Below are positions 42,689-53,720 of a DNA stretch of 64,000 nucleotides, one piece after another. Under the pieces are notes generated by a model, which made no database searches, was not told the origin of the DNA, and saw nothing but the letters and a program-made list of their open reading frames with translations. Within the stretch, counting starts at the first letter, position 1; each line of letters starts with the position of its first letter. A program made the translations under genes and the position numbers. This DNA is from Opitutales bacterium (lineage in GTDB: Bacteria; Verrucomicrobiota; Verrucomicrobiia; Opitutales; UBA2987), in the NCBI GenBank assembly GCA_965226885.1, contig CBDDEL010000014.1, forward strand, positions 512,001 to 576,000. Direction: 5' to 3'.

Positions 42689-44080
42689 TTAGAGATTCCA
42701 GTGTTGCGGGTAGGCTTCCCGGTAAGTGATTTTGGCACAATAAATCGAACAACTGTCTTTTTCCTCATCGTTGATGGCTGGAAACACCCACCGCACGGGA
42801 ACGGTATGGACATGATCGCTTTGTGTGCTGACCGCGCTGACGCGATGGATGAGGTATTGGGTTTTCCCATTGTGAAAGAGCAGTTTGCACATGTCTGCCT
42901 TGGGTCTGGCTTCCTTTCTGAAGGGCAAACCCGCTTTCACCGTATCGAAAACGACGCGTTGATTGGAGGCCTCAAATTTATTATCCGGGTCGATATTCCA
43001 GCAATAAAGCGGATCCCAGCGGTTTTCATAGGGCGACACTTCGCAATCGCTGGAAAAGAGCCTGAGGACGCCGTCCGGGCACCTGTAAACGGTTTTGGGG
43101 GATTTGACGCCGGGAAACTCCTTGTAAATCGGTTCTGGAGGTTTGGCAAAGGGATCGTCCATGCGCAGCCATTTCAATCCTTTTCTGTAACTGACGTGAT
43201 CGACGACGTAATCGGTGCGAATCGAGCACACCCAGGAACCATTGTAGGGGGCCAGGCTGGCATCGGACAGGTGTTCATGCCCGAGAAAAAGGTAGTGCCC
43301 CGTCTCCACCCATTCATAGACCCCCTTTTCTTCATGGAAACGAAACTTAAGCGGCGCAAAACGGGCGCCATAGAAATGATTGCACATGACCCATTCGGTG
43401 CATTCCGGGTTAAAAGGAACAGGAGGCGTGTAGCCCTGCACCATGTGGACGGCATTCTCAGCGCTGCAAAAATCAGGCCCCTCATCTCCGTAACCGAGCT
43501 GCCGCAGTTGCCGGTTTTCCCGTAGAAACTCGATATCGTTTCCATCATCGTTCAGCCTTACTTGCGCCCATTCGGTGCTTGATGATCGTCTGTGTATATC
43601 GGGATCGATGTTGGTGCCTTCTGTCACATTAGTCTCGGGGTCAAACTCCCGGGCCACCATACGCCATAGCAGGACGAAGACATTGGCGCTTTCCGCTGGC
43701 TTGCCCCCGATATCCGCTCCCTTGGGTACCCCGAAAACGCAGGGGTGGCCATGCTGCTTGACGAATCGCCGGCCGTTGCCCAGAGCATCCCAATCGTTTA
43801 GGGTAGGCTGCATCATAGCTTCCTTGATGAGCCTGCCATGCGGGGTGTTTTCCCTGATTTGGTAAACGATGCTGGTGTCGTCGTCGGTCCCGCGAAACAT
43901 GCGTGTGGCGTATAAAATCAACCAGCGATTCTCGCTCAACTGAATTCCGCTGGGATGGGCCGGCACGACGTCGTCACTTCTCCGTTCACCCTCCAATCCG
44001 CATTCAGGAATCAATTTTCCGAGATGGTCGATTCGTTCAATTCCGTCAACTGGTGAATTAGTTGAAATGGATTCATTCAT
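42689..44080 (-). CDS. Hypothetical protein
   Basis: 463 aa ORF heading the minus-strand cluster. Confidence 0.7.
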   Translation of the reverse strand: MNESISTNSPVDGIERIDHLGKLIPECGLEGERRSDDVVPAHPSGIQLSENRWLILYATRMFRGTDDDTSIVYQIRENTPHGRLIKEAMMQPTLNDWDALGNGRRFVKQHGHPCVFGVPKGADIGGKPAESANVFVLLWRMVAREFDPETNVTEGTNIDPDIHRRSSSTEWAQVRLNDDGNDIEFLRENRQLRQLGYGDEGPDFCSAENAVHMVQGYTPPVPFNPECTEWVMCNHFYGARFAPLKFRFHEEKGVYEWVETGHYLFLGHEHLSDASLAPYNGSWVCSIRTDYVVDHVSYRKGLKWLRMDDPFAKPPEPIYKEFPGVKSPKTVYRCPDGVLRLFSSDCEVSPYENRWDPLYCWNIDPDNKFEASNQRVVFDTVKAGLPFRKEARPKADMCKLLFHNGKTQYLIHRVSAVSTQSDHVHTVPVRWVFPAINDEEKDSCSIYCAKITYREAYPQHWNL

Positions 44081-44621
44081 TGTTTTTACGATCTGAAACG
44101 CAGGTTTTTAAAAGCTGGCTTTGGCTCGATTTACAGGCATCAACGAGCAATTCAAAGGATGCCGGATACCAATATTGCGTAATCCGTAATGGGATTGTTG
44201 CGTGAATCCCTGGATTTTATATTTTCCTGCAGAGCGGAAGTCTTCGACATAGAGGTTCGAGCGCAAAATGATTAGAATTGTATTAATATGCATTAAATAT
44301 TGTATCAATAATGTAAATAGCTTTATTTTCCCGAGCCGATTATAAGTCAATTATTTATTTTTCAGAGACAAATTTATGATAACCGATTCTCCCCTTGCTC
44401 AAAGAAAAAGGCTTCACCCACCTCCATTACCACCGTGGGGGCAAACGGATCACCGTTCCCCTCGAAGGCTAACACTAGCAAAGAAGTCAATGTTCATAAT
44501 TTATATTGGAACTGCTGACGTTTACGAAACAAGGTAGCCTACCGGCCTATCAGGCATGTTAATTATAGCGCATTATTGGGAGGGCCCGCACACTGAATTT
44601 TAGTAATAAGAATTATGAACG

Positions 44622-44899
44622 TTGACTTCTTTGATTCACCCTCACCGTAATTCGGCTATGAGTGATTATTTATGCAAAGGGTATGCCATCGTATCGAACG
44701 GTGAATTTGGCAGATATCGCGGTATTGATCGAAATTCGTTTGAGCCGGTAATTCTCGAACAAGATGTCGATACTTTGGCATTCGATACCGGGACGAATTT
44801 AACTGTTTCTAATTTTATAAGCGAAGAATGGAGAAAGGAAGCAGGTCGAAATTTTGAAAAAAATGAACTGAACGATTATGAAGACATATATCTAATTTG
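44622..44899 (+). pseudogene. Gene fragment truncated by IS1
   Basis: AT-rich ORF running into the IS1 end. Confidence 0.35.
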
Positions 44900-45701
44900 G
44901 GTAGTGTATTAAGTAGGAATGGTGGCTAATTCTTGATTATATTGATGAATGAAAAGTCTCAGACAGGTTTCATGCATACTCTTAAGCTTGGAAAAGGAGA
45001 GGGTTTTGCGTGTGAAACGACCCAGTCGTTGGCGCAGGGTATTGTTCCATCGTTCCACATGGGCCGTTTCACCGGTTTCTTTTCCCACGGATCGGTTATG
45101 AGGAAAGACTTCATCATAAGTGCTCCAAAAGTCGCTGTAGGTGGCACATCTTTTGTAGGCCCGTGGCAGACGCTCGTAAAGTTCCCGGCAACGATACCAA
45201 TCCCGAGGCCCAATGGCATAGGAGAGGATTTGACGGGTGCGTCGGCAAAGAGCGATCCAAACCCATTGGGCATCGCTCTTGCGCCCCACAAAAGACCACA
45301 GTTCGTCCAGTTCAATGACATCATGGCGGCGGGCCGCAAGAATCGTGCTTTTGAGCGGTCGCAGCGATTGTCGTTTTTTTTAACCAACTCAAAACGGTGT
45401 TGGGACTCACCCCGAAGGCGCGCTGTAAACCGCGTAGACTGCTGCGTTCCTGATAGACTCGAAGGATCATTTCTTTTTGCTCTTCGGTGTATTTCACTGT
45501 GGGGTTTTCGCGGCTTTGTTTACCACAATCATGGCAGCGGTAGCGCTGTTTATGGTTGGGCGTCTTGCCAAATTTAATGATATTTTCACTTCCACAGTGC
45601 CGACAATTAATAATTTTAGTAACCATGCACTAAGAATAAACTGCCTAACGCTATTTGTACAGCTAAAAATACAAAATAACATTCTTTTTTTATACACTAC
45701 C
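44900..45701 (-). mobile_element. IS1-family element, copy 3
   Basis: Same IRs and ORFs; no TSD. Confidence 0.95.
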
Positions 45702-46389
45702 CAAAAATTGAATAATGTAAATCGATTGTATTATCTATTATATGCTTCAGAAAATGGTTTTAATATTGATGACGAGCAAAACCAGAAAATTTTTGAGGCG
45801 GTAGTTAATATCCTAAGCCCCAATTCAGAGTGGTTGGAAGTAAATAAAATATCAGGAGTTGTTCAGCCTAATAATGCAGCGGGAGTTGTGATATCTTTTA
45901 ATTCAAGAAATATTTCATCCGGAACTTACGAAGCAATCCTCCAAATCGATACCAACGATCCGAGTAATAGAGATTTATCACTCCCGATAACAGTTACTGT
46001 GCAAGATCCGATAGCTCAAGACATTGTTGTTTCGCCTTTACAATTAAATTTCGGTCAATTGACCTCAGAAGCTTCAAGCAGTATTCCATTGACAATAACA
46101 AACTCTGGAGAAGATTTTCTCCATATATCAAACGTGTCCCTTGAAGGTGTTGATTTTTCTTTGGATAACGCCGGAGATATTCGGCTCGATAATGGAGAAA
46201 GCACTCAAATATTTGTTACCTTTAATCCCTGGTCGCAAGGAGAGTTCAACGGCACTATAACGATTCACAGTAATGATACGGAAACTCCGGAAATTACTGT
46301 CGGATTGAACGGATCAGGTCTGGTTCCCGACGGTTCGGTCACAACTGACGAATTAAATATTACATTGGAAAAAAGCCTGATCGGCTTAG
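45702..46389 (+). pseudogene. Internal fragment of a large secreted protein with Ig-like (ASH/choice-of-anchor-D-type) domains
   Basis: GTYEAIL.IDTNDP..LPITVTV, LNFG..LTITNSG..L.IS..F.P...G.ITIHSND..VGLNGSG; cut by IS1 and IS1380. Confidence 0.7.
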
Positions 46390-49094
46390 CCCGGATATTT
46401 CATGAAGGGTAAAGTTTGGCTCGTTATTGCTATTGGAGATGGATTTCTTTGTATTTTGAGCAGATCGTCTTGATTTTTAGGTGTTTTTCAGGGTGTAGAG
46501 ACACTGCCCCCTTTCCCTCATTGGTTCGGTAGTGCCGGGGGCAGCACCAATGCACCCTTTAGGTTGGCACCAATCGGCGGGCCGCATGGTTGAAAAGACT
46601 GGCCCAAGGATAACTCTCACTTAGGTGAAAGTGAATCGTTCGGGTGTTGCGCACGATGACCGCTCCGATCTTGATTAATTTGAGCCGCAGGGTGTGGCAT
46701 TGGGCCCGCGCCCACTTCGTCCCTTTTAAGGCTAACCGGCGCATGGCTTCCATCAAGGTGTAGGCCAGCGCCGACAAGAGCAATCGCCACTGATTGGCCC
46801 ACCATTGATGGGCGCTGGTGCGCTCGCTGAACAATTGCATCTGTTCCTTGATTCGGTTCTCCATTTCACCGCGGCCACAGTATACCTTGTCGTAAAGCTC
46901 CTGGGGATCGCCCGGCAGGTTCGTCACCACGAAGCGCGGGTTGGACCCCTGTGCGGTGTGTTCGGCTTTATGGATGACCAACCGCAGCCATCGCCACGAA
47001 TCGGCAGCATAGACGAAGTCCTGGAATAACCGTTGTTTTTTACCCCTTAGTTCGAACCATTCTTTGGCCTGCTTTTGCAACTGCTGGGCGTCTTGCTGCA
47101 AGCGTGCATTGCGAGCCATCCCCACGATGTAACTATTAATCCGGCAAATAAATAGTGACATATCAATAACTTATGCTAAAGTAGGTTCATGAATAGGAAT
47201 GATGCGCGTTCACTAAGCGAAGAGACTATATATGAGTTGAGGTGTCGGGCGGTGGATCTGAAAAGAGAGGGTTGCACTTATGAAGAGGTTTCCGTGGTTT
47301 TAAAGGTATCGATCAGCGCTGTGCGCAAATGGTGGGCCCTTTACCGAAATGGAGGGCCAAAAGCCCTGCGGCTTGGACAACGGGGCCGTCGGCAGGGCCA
47401 ATGTCGAAGATTGAGCTCCCAACAAGAGCGCATGGTGTGCCGAATGATTACCGATAAGAGGACCCGACCAGCTTAAGATGCCCTTTGCCCTGTGGACGCG
47501 CCAAGCGGTGCAAGAGTTGATTGAAAGGCAGTTTGCTTTGAAGATGCCGATCCGCACGGTGGGCGAGTATCTTCGCCGTTGGGGTTTCACTCCACAAAAA
47601 CCTCGAAGACAAGCCTATGAGCAGCAGCCTGAGGCGATTAAGAAGTGGCTTGATCAAACTTACCCGGCCATCGAAGCCAGAGCCAAAGCGCAACAGGCCC
47701 AAATCCACTGGGGAGATGAAACCGGCATCAGTAGCGAAGATCATCGGGGAAGAGGTTATGCTCCGCGCGGTAAAACGCCAGTTGCCAAACGCAGTGCGCG
47801 TCGTTTTAGCACGAGCATGATCTCGACTATAACCAACCGTGGAAAGCTGCGTTTCATGGTTTACAAGGGAGCCTTGAATGTGGAACTGTTTATCAAATTT
47901 CTGCGCCAGTTAATCAAAGGAGCCAAACGGAAAATCTTTCTCATTGTGGACAATCTGAGAGTGCATCATGCTAAAAAAGTAACCGGTTGGATTGAAGCCC
48001 ACCGCGATAGGATCGAGATTTTTTATCTACCATCTTACAGTCCCGAATTGAACCCCGATGAGTATTTGAATAACACGGTCAAAGCCAACTTGAAGAACCT
48101 GCCGGCCCCGCGCAGCCAAATTGAGTTGCAGGGAAGTCTGCGAACCCACCTGCGCAGCAGGCAACGAAAACCAATTTTGATTAAAAAACTCTTCCATCAT
48201 CGGGATGTTCAATACGCCGCTTAACTGTTACTATTCGCCGCTTAACTGTTACTATTCAATTGCCGGATTAATAACTTCGTTGCGGTCGCACCAAGAGAGT
48301 ATCCGGTCTCGACAAAATCCACTGTCGGCGCGCCAAATAATCCGCGTACGGGGCCAGCTTTGGCGAATCCGTTTAACCAGCAATTTGAGGATGGCCCCGG
48401 CATGCTTGCTGGCATCGATCTTGCTCGGCCGCAGGTAGGCCACCAGCAGCTGATCACCGCAAAAAACATATAGCGGCAGAAAACAGTAATGATCATAATA
48501 ACCGTGGAAAAAACGTCCCTCCTGGAGCCCGTGCACCGGATTGTCGGTGGCGTCAAAGTCCAGGATGATCTCTTCGGGTTCCTCGGCAAAGGAGCCCATG
48601 AACTGTTCGACCAACAGCTCGTTTACCGCAAAGGCCGCCCGCCGATCCTGCCCGTTTTCAAAACGACACAAAGTCGGCGCGCTGGCCAACGTTTCAATGC
48701 GCCCCGTTACCGTTTGCAACAATGGATCGTGGCGCAGGGTATCAAAGTCGTTCAAATCCTCATAGCCCGCCACCAGCCCGTAAACGCGCTGCCGCAGCAT
48801 CCCCAATACCTCATGGCGTACTTTGCCCTTCTGCCGTTTGTCCACTAACTGTCGGGCCGCTCGTTCGGTCAAGCCCAACTGCCGATCCACTTCCCGGATC
48901 AAAAGCAGTCCGGCATCCGAAGTAACCTCTCCGCCCTTGAAATCAACCCGCACACGGCGGCCTTTTACCCTTGTCAACTGTAGCTTTAATTGTTTACCTT
49001 TTGTCATCGCTGATATTGCTTTAATTATTGATCTATCCTGCTGTATATCAGCAGTTAAGCATATCAACGATACTTTTTTTACGAAATATCCGGG
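46390..49094 (-). mobile_element. IS1380-family copy A, interrupted by IS630 type B
   Basis: IR CCCGGATATTTC; transposase split 46559-47133 / 48274-49007. Confidence 0.93.
47136..48271 (+). mobile_element. IS630-family type B, copy 2 (frameshifted ~47460)
   Basis: TA duplicated 47134-35/48272-73; WGDETG, IVDNLRVH, LPSYSPELNPDE; 21-bp duplication 48216-48257. Confidence 0.93.
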
Positions 49095-49429
49095 CTAGCC
49101 GCACTTGCCTTTTTAAAAATTGTCTTAATTTTATTATCATTTGTCTTAACATAGTATCCTCCAGACTCTGGAGTGTCACTTTTCTCATTGGTTTTTACAA
49201 GCGGATATTGTCAATGCCATTTGGCGTAAATGGCGTAAAACAATATTATATTACCCCGAAAATATAACCCGGCAAGGACATATCGGGACTTACCCTGACT
49301 TATTATGAAGACTTAAACTTGACTGAAGTTACTCTTATCCAAAGAGTTAAATGCTCTCAACAAACAGCGATATATTTTGAACTGAAGACAGTTGCTTATT
49401 AAAAACCCGATAACCTATTTCTTTTTCAT

Positions 49430-49490
49430 GCTTAACGCTGGAACTCAGCCGTGGGCGCGTGCGGACGTTTGTTGCAGAGTATGGTTAGAG
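49430..49490 (-). other. Integron attC-like site (degenerate)
   Basis: Minus strand CTCTAAC-N6-CTGCAAC...GCTGAG-N7-GTTAAGC, 61 bp, 44 bp downstream of a small ORF. Confidence 0.62.
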
Positions 49491-49534
49491 TCCAGTCAGG
49501 AATCCAATATTTTTTTATGCCCTCGCCTAGGGTT

Positions 49535-49693
49535 TTAATCCTTGCTTACATCGCTCGGTGCGTTCTCCCCTTGCTGCTTTGGTTGGGTTTCGTCTGGTTT
49601 CTTGTAATCACCAATGACGCCTTTCAGCGGACAGGCTTTGAAGGCTGGACATTTCTTGCAGCCGACTACTAATGCAATAGGGCATATTGTCAT
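49535..49693 (-). CDS. Small Cys-rich protein (probable gene cassette ORF)
   Basis: MTICPIALVVGCKKCPAFKACPLKG..., strong AAGGAGG RBS. Confidence 0.7.
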   Translation of the reverse strand: MTICPIALVVGCKKCPAFKACPLKGVIGDYKKPDETQPKQQGENAPSDVSKD

Positions 49694-50103
49694 TCTCAAT
49701 TCCTCCTTATTAAGTGCTTGGCGGGGACACGCTCTGCGCGTTCTATCATAACATATTTCATATTGAAAGCAGGGCCTGCACAGCCAATGATGGGGCACGA
49801 TAAATTTTTAGCCGAAATTTGCAAGAAAATCTGTAATTCTTTGACTGAGAAGTGGATTTATCGGTTTTCCGCAATTTAGAGCCCATTTTTAATGATTCTT
49901 GGACGCTTCATTCGGTAGCGGTAAATCTACATCATCCAGTATCCAGCATCCTGAGAATGTTACCGACTGGTGACAAATTCGTCATACTTGGGAGTAATTT
50001 TTTGCAAAGTCACACTACATAGCGCTAAATAACGGCCAAATCGGGTCTGACGGCATAAACGCGTTGACCCTTTTCGGTGGGTGGAGGATATTGAAAATTC
50101 TTA

Positions 50104-51378
50104 ATGAGGAAGCACTACAGAATCGCGCTGGGGGGAGACCACGGTGGATTTGAATTGAAACAGGACCTTTTGGCCTATGCCCTGACCAGGGGCCATCATG
50201 TGCGCGATTGCGGAACTCATGGAAAAACTCCGGTCGATTATCCGGATATTGCCAAAAAAGTCGCCGGGATGGTGGCTTCCGGCGATTGCGATTTTGGGGT
50301 CCTAGTCGATGGCGCGGGCATTGGCTCGGCCATGGCAGCAAACAAAGTGCCGGGCATCCTGGCGGCGGCCTGTTATAATGAAGCGCTGGCCCGGAATTCA
50401 CGCCAACACAACGGCGCCAATGTCCTCACACTCGGGTCTGGCCAAACCAACATTTATGAGGCCAAAAAAATACTGGACGCTTTTCTGGAAACCGAATGCA
50501 AGGAAGAAAGGCATCTGCGGCGGGTGCAGCTTATCCGCGATATTGAGAGGGGAAATTATTCAACGACCGCAGCCATCGCGGAAACGGACAGTATCCTGGG
50601 AAAGCAGGAAATTCATCCCCACGACCTTGAGCGTATATCCCGCCGGGTGCAGGAATTAACCAGTGGCAATCCACCAGCGCAGGGCAACGGCGCATTTATC
50701 GGCCCGGACGAGATTGCCCAAATGATCGACCACACCATTTTGAAACCGGAGGCGTCTCTGGGAGACGTCCAAAAACTGAGTGAAGAAGCCAGGCAGTACC
50801 ACTTTTACTCTGTTTGTGTGAACCCCATCTATGCCCGCCAAGCCAAAGCCGCCCTGACCGGGACCGACGTTAAAGTTTGCTGTGTGGTGGGGTTTCCTCT
50901 GGGGGCCAATCCGCCGGAAACCAAGGCCATGGAAGCCCGCCGGGCCATCCGCGAAGGGGCCGGGGAAATCGACATGGTGATCAATGTGGGGGCCATGAAA
51001 AGCGGGAATGAGGATCTCGTATTGAAAGATATCCGCGCTGTGGCCGAGGCCTGTCGCGATGGCAGTGCCCTGCTCAAGGTGATTCTGGAAACCAGTCTTT
51101 TAACGGACCGGGAAAAAGTCCGGGTTTGTGAGTTGGCGATGAAAGCGGGGGCTGATTTTGTTAAGACCTCCACCGGTTTCGGTTCCGCCGGGGCCACGGT
51201 GGAAGATATCGCCCTGATGGCCAAAACAGTGGCGCAAAAAAAACTGGGAGTAAAAGCTTCCGGGGGAGTGCGCACCTATGAAGACGCGGTCAAAATGATT
51301 CGGGCAGGAGCCACCCGCATCGGCGCCAGCAGCGGAATCAAAATCGTCAAAAAAGCCATCGAACTGGCATCGAAATAG
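50104..51378 (+). CDS. deoC: RpiB-type sugar-phosphate isomerase - deoxyribose-phosphate aldolase fusion
   Basis: GGDHGG, PVDYPD, AANKVPG, HNGANVL; then [38 protein letters not shown]. Confidence 0.92.
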   Translation: MRKHYRIALGGDHGGFELKQDLLAYALTRGHHVRDCGTHGKTPVDYPDIAKKVAGMVASGDCDFGVLVDGAGIGSAMAANKVPGILAAACYNEALARNSRQHNGANVLTLGSGQTNIYEAKKILDAFLETECKEERHLRRVQLIRDIERGNYSTTAAIAETDSILGKQEIHPHDLERISRRVQELTSGNPPAQGNGAFIGPDEIAQMIDHTILKPEASLGDVQKLSEEARQYHFYSVCVNPIYARQAKAALTGTDVKVCCVVGFPLGANPPETKAMEARRAIREGAGEIDMVINVGAMKSGNEDLVLKDIRAVAEACRDGSALLKVILETSLLTDREKVRVCELAMKAGADFVKTSTGFGSAGATVEDIALMAKTVAQKKLGVKASGGVRTYEDAVKMIRAGATRIGASSGIKIVKKAIELASK

Positions 51379-51413
51379 AAAAAAGAAAGACCTAAAAGAA
51401 GGAAAAATATCAC

Positions 51414-52037
51414 ATGGTTGAATTAAGAACCTACACCTTTCTGGACAGCCTGCAGCCGCAGTTTGCCTCGTTTATCGCCACCATTGCGGGAGGCTACTTG
51501 CCGGTTCCCGGCCAGGCTTCACTTTTCATCGAAATATCGCCCGGCATGGAAATCAACCGGGTGACCGATATCGCCTTGAAAGCGACCAACGTCAGGCCGG
51601 GCATGATGATCATTGAGCGGGTTTTTGGAATGCTCGAGGTGCACTCCAATTCCCAGGCCGATGTTCGCCAGGCGGGCGCGGCCATTCTGGAAGCGCTCGA
51701 TCTCAAAGAAGAAGACCGCCTAAAGCCGCATATCTCGACCAGCCAGTTGATCCGCAACATGTCCGATTACCACACCCAATTGATCAACAAGACCCGGCAT
51801 GGAAACATGATATTACCCGGACAAACCCTTTACATTATGGAGGTGGCCCCGGCCGGTTATGCCGCCATTGCGGCCAATGAGGCGGAAAAAGCGGCCAATA
51901 TCAATATCCTCGAGGTCAGGACCTTCGGCTCATTCGGGCGTTTCTACCTGGGGGGTGACGAGGCCGACATGGAAGTCGGTTACAAAGCGGCCGAACAAGC
52001 CATCAAGGATATCGATGGCCGGGAAATGAAACGCTAG
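51414..52037 (+). CDS. BMC-T shell protein (permuted, CcmP/CsoS1D-like)
   Basis: ELRTY.FLDSLQPQ, IER.FGMLEVH, PAGYAAIAANEAEKAANI, GSFGRFYL. Confidence 0.9.
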   Translation: MVELRTYTFLDSLQPQFASFIATIAGGYLPVPGQASLFIEISPGMEINRVTDIALKATNVRPGMMIIERVFGMLEVHSNSQADVRQAGAAILEALDLKEEDRLKPHISTSQLIRNMSDYHTQLINKTRHGNMILPGQTLYIMEVAPAGYAAIAANEAEKAANINILEVRTFGSFGRFYLGGDEADMEVGYKAAEQAIKDIDGREMKR

Positions 52038-52109
52038 AAAATCGAATTTTTGTTATTCAAATCAATACTGCACAAAAAACTTAAACAACCTATTGGAGAA
52101 TAAAATAAT

Positions 52110-52409
52110 ATGGCAGAAGCATTAGGAATGGTGGAAACAAGATCGTTTGCCGCAGCCGTGGAAGCGGGCGACGCGATGGTAAAGGCTGCCAAGGTGGATC
52201 TCGTTTCTTACGAGAAAACCGGCGGCGGCTACATAACGGTAATAGTCAGAGGCGACGTCGCCTCGGTTAAAGCATCCTGCGATGCCGGGCAGGTCGCCGG
52301 CTCCCGGGTAGGAGAAGTGGTCGCCGTGCACGTGATCCCGCGCCCGCACGCCAATATCGATCAGGTTCTGCCGCTGGGCCGCACTCCGCGGGCCGGAAGC
52401 AAAAAATAA
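52110..52409 (+). CDS. BMC-H hexameric shell protein
   Basis: [35 protein letters not shown]. Confidence 0.95.
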   Translation: MAEALGMVETRSFAAAVEAGDAMVKAAKVDLVSYEKTGGGYITVIVRGDVASVKASCDAGQVAGSRVGEVVAVHVIPRPHANIDQVLPLGRTPRAGSKK

Positions 52410-52512
52410 AAAAGTAACCCTCAATTTCCCAGCCGCAGAGAGGGCCCGGGCATTCTGGATCAAGGTCCCCGGCCCCGGCCTCAACCTGTCCGGCTGGATA
52501 TTTTGCATTGCT

Positions 52513-52800
52513 ATGAATCTCGGAAAAGTAGTCGGCACCTTGGTTGCCAGCCAAAAAGTTTCCAGCATGGATGGGCTCAAGCTCCTCCTGGTAAAATACC
52601 TCGATAGCTCCGGCCAGGAAACCGGCGGCCAGGTGGTGGCCGCGGACGCCGTTGGCGCCGGGGTGGAGGAATACGTCCTCATCGCCACCGGCAGTTCCGC
52701 CCGGCAAACAGAAGCCACCGATAACCGACCCTGCGATGCCGTCATCCTGGCCATCGTCGACAGTTGGGAAATCGGTGGGGACATCGTCTATAAAAAATAA
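52513..52800 (+). CDS. BMC-P vertex protein (EutN/CcmL)
   Basis: [35 protein letters not shown]. Confidence 0.95.
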   Translation: MNLGKVVGTLVASQKVSSMDGLKLLLVKYLDSSGQETGGQVVAADAVGAGVEEYVLIATGSSARQTEATDNRPCDAVILAIVDSWEIGGDIVYKK

Positions 52801-52826
52801 ATAAATAAAACTTCTATAAGTTGCCC

Positions 52827-53657
52827 ATGCGTTTAACAGATCACGAAATCGAAGCCATCGCCCAAAAAATCGCTTCCAAAACTCCGGCTTCTGGCCGGCG
52901 ACCGATAGTAGTCGGCAATTGGAAGATGCACAAGACGCCCTCCGAGGGCGAGGCCTTGGTGCGGGAATTAGCCGCCCTGGTGCAGACTGCGGATTGTGAA
53001 ATCGGGGTCGCTCCCGCCTTTCCGTGCCTGGAACGAGTGGGCAATGCACTGACTGGGGCCGGATCAAAGGTTTTGCTTTGCGCCCAGAATGCTTATTGGG
53101 AAAAGGAGGGCGCCTATACCGGCGAGGTGGCCATCGGCATGTTGGTCGAGATCGGCGTTACCCACATCATCATCGGCCATAGCGAGCGCAGGCAGTATTT
53201 CGGAGAAACGGATGAGACCGTCAACGGCAGGGCGAAAGCGGTTCTTGAGGCCGGACTGACCTCCATTCTCTGCGTGGGGGAATCCCTTCAGGACCGCGAA
53301 GCCGGATTAACCAATGCCGTGGTCGATCGTCAGGTCAGGGGCGGATTGGCGGGGCTGTCCAGCAGCCAGGTCGCAGGCATGGTGCTTGCCTATGAACCGG
53401 TTTGGGCTATCGGCACGGGCAAGGTGGCCACAGTGGAAGAGGCCCAGGCGGTCCATGCCGTCATTCGCCAACTTCTGACCGAGCTATACGACGAGCCGAC
53501 AGCCGAAGCCGTGCGCATCCAGTACGGAGGCAGCGTGAAACCGGACAACGCCGCCCAACTGCTGGCCCAACCGGACATTGATGGAGCGCTGGTGGGGGGC
53601 GCTGCTTTAAAAGCGACGGATTTCGCCGCCATCTGTTTGGCCGCTGGGAGGCCGTAG
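52827..53657 (+). CDS. tpiA: Triosephosphate isomerase with N-terminal encapsulation-peptide-like extension
   Basis: [33 protein letters not shown]; extra [17 protein letters not shown]. Confidence 0.93.
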   Translation: MRLTDHEIEAIAQKIASKTPASGRRPIVVGNWKMHKTPSEGEALVRELAALVQTADCEIGVAPAFPCLERVGNALTGAGSKVLLCAQNAYWEKEGAYTGEVAIGMLVEIGVTHIIIGHSERRQYFGETDETVNGRAKAVLEAGLTSILCVGESLQDREAGLTNAVVDRQVRGGLAGLSSSQVAGMVLAYEPVWAIGTGKVATVEEAQAVHAVIRQLLTELYDEPTAEAVRIQYGGSVKPDNAAQLLAQPDIDGALVGGAALKATDFAAICLAAGRP

Positions 53658-53720
53658 TTTTTCCATTGAATATATAAAGAATCAAAATTTCCCGAATATT
53701 CTGCAGGGAGAGATTTCAGG

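Noticed and set aside
44400..44560. Possible c-di-GMP riboswitch (GGCAAAC ... GCCTACCGGCCTA)
   Set aside because: GNRA-capped P2 and correct spacing are absent
45477..45701. Start of the 311-aa ORF (similarly the extended starts of 35391-36020 and 37122-39248)
   Set aside because: These segments lie inside IS ends; chimeric read-through
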